This document shows, in pieces, positions 62,075 to 64,000 of a DNA stretch of 64,000 bases. The DNA comes from Lama guanicoe. Its lineage: Eukaryota. Location of the stretch: the NCBI GenBank assembly GCA_013239625.1, contig MU054662.1:14683798-14747797 (forward strand), given 5' to 3'. The notes under the pieces are model-generated. The model saw only the letters and a list, made by a program, of their open reading frames with translations, ran no database searches and was not told where the DNA came from. The translations under genes and the position numbers were made by a program. Position 1 is the first letter of the stretch; the number at the start of each line of letters is the position of its first letter.

Positions 62075-62530
62075 AGATGAAAACTTTTCATTGGTTTAAA
62101 AGCACCTGTGGACGTGAGAGTGTCTCTGTGCCTCCTCCTCCACTCCCCACGCCCGGCGCCCAGTCATCTCATCCTTCCCTGTGCCCTGTGCAGGGTGCCC
62201 CGCTTCCATTACGTGCCTCCCAAATCCAGCTGTGTGTCTGTCCGTCATTAGAGTAATACCACATTCTAGCCTTCGTTCCCGGTGGCGTCAGGTCGTTCTC
62301 ATTTTCGTCACCTGAACTCTAGGAGACGAGGTCACGGTAGTCACCGCATTGAACAGTAAGCTGGTGCCTTCTTCACACAAAACATGGTAGTTGGTCCCCA
62401 GGCCCATCGGGGAGGGACGGTTACTGTTCACCATCACACACATGGCAACTGAGTCACGTCTCTCCGGGGGAGGCAGCGACGCCTGAGCTAAGGTCACCGT
62501 TCCACAGGAGCTGCCAACAGTGCTCGCGTC
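62075..62530 (-). mobile_element. Very degraded L1ME-like 3' remnant
   Basis: Weak similarity only (ttttcattggtttaaaagcac...ccccatcggggagggacggttactgtt...gcaactgagtcacgtc). Confidence 0.35.
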
Positions 62531-63292
62531 CCTGTGAGGCACCCTTTCCAGGCCATGGCCGTCTCAGCTGTGTACCGGACACGCATGGTCTCCGGGAGTG
62601 ACCTCAGCTCGCTGAGCCTCAGCCTCCCCGCGAAGCTGGGGTCGGTGGTGTAGCCTCCCAGTTTTAGCTCTCAAACACGGTACTCTTCCCCTCTCTCTCC
62701 GCCCCAGTTTCTCCCGGTTCAGCTGAGCCTCTGACGGCTCAGACAGCCAAGCAGGTCAGGGCCAAGCTGTCGCCCCCTCCACGCATCTTAGTGAATCACA
62801 GCGTCACGGTGTTAAACTAAAAATGTACCTTTCACTGTCAAGTAGCAGTTCCACATAAATCCAAGAGTTCTTGGCTGTGAGAGTTTGATGTCTTGGCCTG
62901 GAAATGGAGAATCTGAGCCAAATCAATAACTTGGTTCAAGAATTTGCAGAGTTTGATGCCAAGATTGTCTATGCCGCATTTGGCCCGCTGAGAATTCAGA
63001 TTTCAACACAGGCGTGGGCTTGGGAGACGGGCATGTGCAGGGGGCTGGGCCGGTTGTCTGCCACCGTCCCAGCAGAGAGAGGCTTCAGATGGACGACCAA
63101 TAGGCAGACAGCCATGCCAGGCGGCTTTGGGCCTGGGGCGATTGTAAGGGTTCTGATTTGTATTTAAAGAAATGGAGAGACTTTGGAGAGTCATGGAATT
63201 GGATTTTCATCTATAAAATGATCAGAATTGAACTTTTATCTTTAATTAGTTACAATTAGGTCATCACACAATTTGCAGAATTAACAATGATT

Positions 63293-63388
63293 TTATATAT
63301 ATATATAAAGGAATCACTGCTGTACACCTGAAACTTGCACAACATTGTAGGTGAACTATACTTCACTTGAAAAAACAAAGCAAAACCC
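63293..63388 (+). mobile_element. Short artiodactyl-type L1 3' end with (TA)n head and A-rich tail
   Basis: gaatcactgctgtacacctgaaacttgcacaacattgtaggtgaactatacttcacttgaaaaaacaaa. Confidence 0.85.
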
Positions 63389-64000
63389 TAGTGCTTTTGG
63401 ATCAAAAGATGAGCTTGCACCTAGAAGATGTGTTAAGTCCACAGAAGCCTGCAGAGTCCCCGGGGTACATCAGGCTCACAGCGGCTGGCTGCTCCTTGAG
63501 GGAGGAGTCCCCGTCGGACACCATGCCGGACACCCTGCAGGAAGATGCAGGTCACCTGGCAGATTGTTGCTCGGCAGATCTGGACCCGGCTTAGAGTCTC
63601 TTTGTCCTCCCTCTGGGGTCTACAGGGGTCGTCTGGCCTGTGTCCCGGGGTGTCTACCCTTCTTGACCGGGGAAGCCCACTTTCTCCTCCTAGATCAGAC
63701 CTGCCAGCACGCTCTATCCTTCCCTCCCGCTCCCGCCCCTCCACCAGAAGGTCCTGGTTGGAGACCCCTGGCCACTGAGCCTCAGCCTAGCATGACCTCT
63801 CTCTCGTCTCTGGGCTGCAGGGAGCTTCTCAGGGTCTCAGGAAGTCACCTTCTCGGCCGCCTGTGCCAAAAGCCTCCTGTTCTGTCCCCCAGGAACAGGG
63901 AAGCCTGGTCCTCCTCAACCCCAGGTCATCCTTCAGCTGTACCATGAGTATTTGCCACCAGCCCGAGTCTGTTTCTGTGGCCTGTGTCCCCCCACTCCCA

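Noticed and set aside
61969-62256. 95-aa ORF as a gene
   Set aside because: The N-terminal part is a broken L1 ORF2 fragment and the rest is read-through into unrelated sequence.

Overview
This is GC-rich mammalian genomic DNA, most likely camelid (camel, alpaca or llama). That call rests on a tRNA-Ala(AGC)-derived vic-1-type SINE at ~30.35-30.45 kb and on my seeing no Alu, Bov-tA, PRE-1 or CHR-2 SINEs. I found no protein-coding gene I can support. The ORF track looks like chance ORFs of a GC-rich isochore, except for a short LINE-1 ORF2 remnant at ~62 kb. The window reads as intergenic or deep-intronic. It contains old interspersed repeats (MIR, L2, L1M fragments, MLT2, MER5A, MER58, a Tc2/Kanga end), one intact solo ERV1-type LTR with a 4-bp TSD, and several micro/minisatellites. 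About a dozen short non-repeat AT-rich islands dense in developmental TF motifs look like enhancers. The most notable observations are an exact telomeric 22-mer (G-quadruplex) inside an old L1, a minisatellite that multiplies AP-1 sites, a TCF/LEF + CDX cluster overlapping a well-formed non-coding exon, a GATA cluster extended by a 10-bp duplication, a perfect EBF palindrome overlapping an NF-kB site, and an orphan CpG island next to an MLT2 LTR. Repeat names and boundaries come from visual recognition, are approximate, and need RepeatMasker/Dfam confirmation. I cannot identify the locus, and I found no convincing evidence for a novel multi-gene system.
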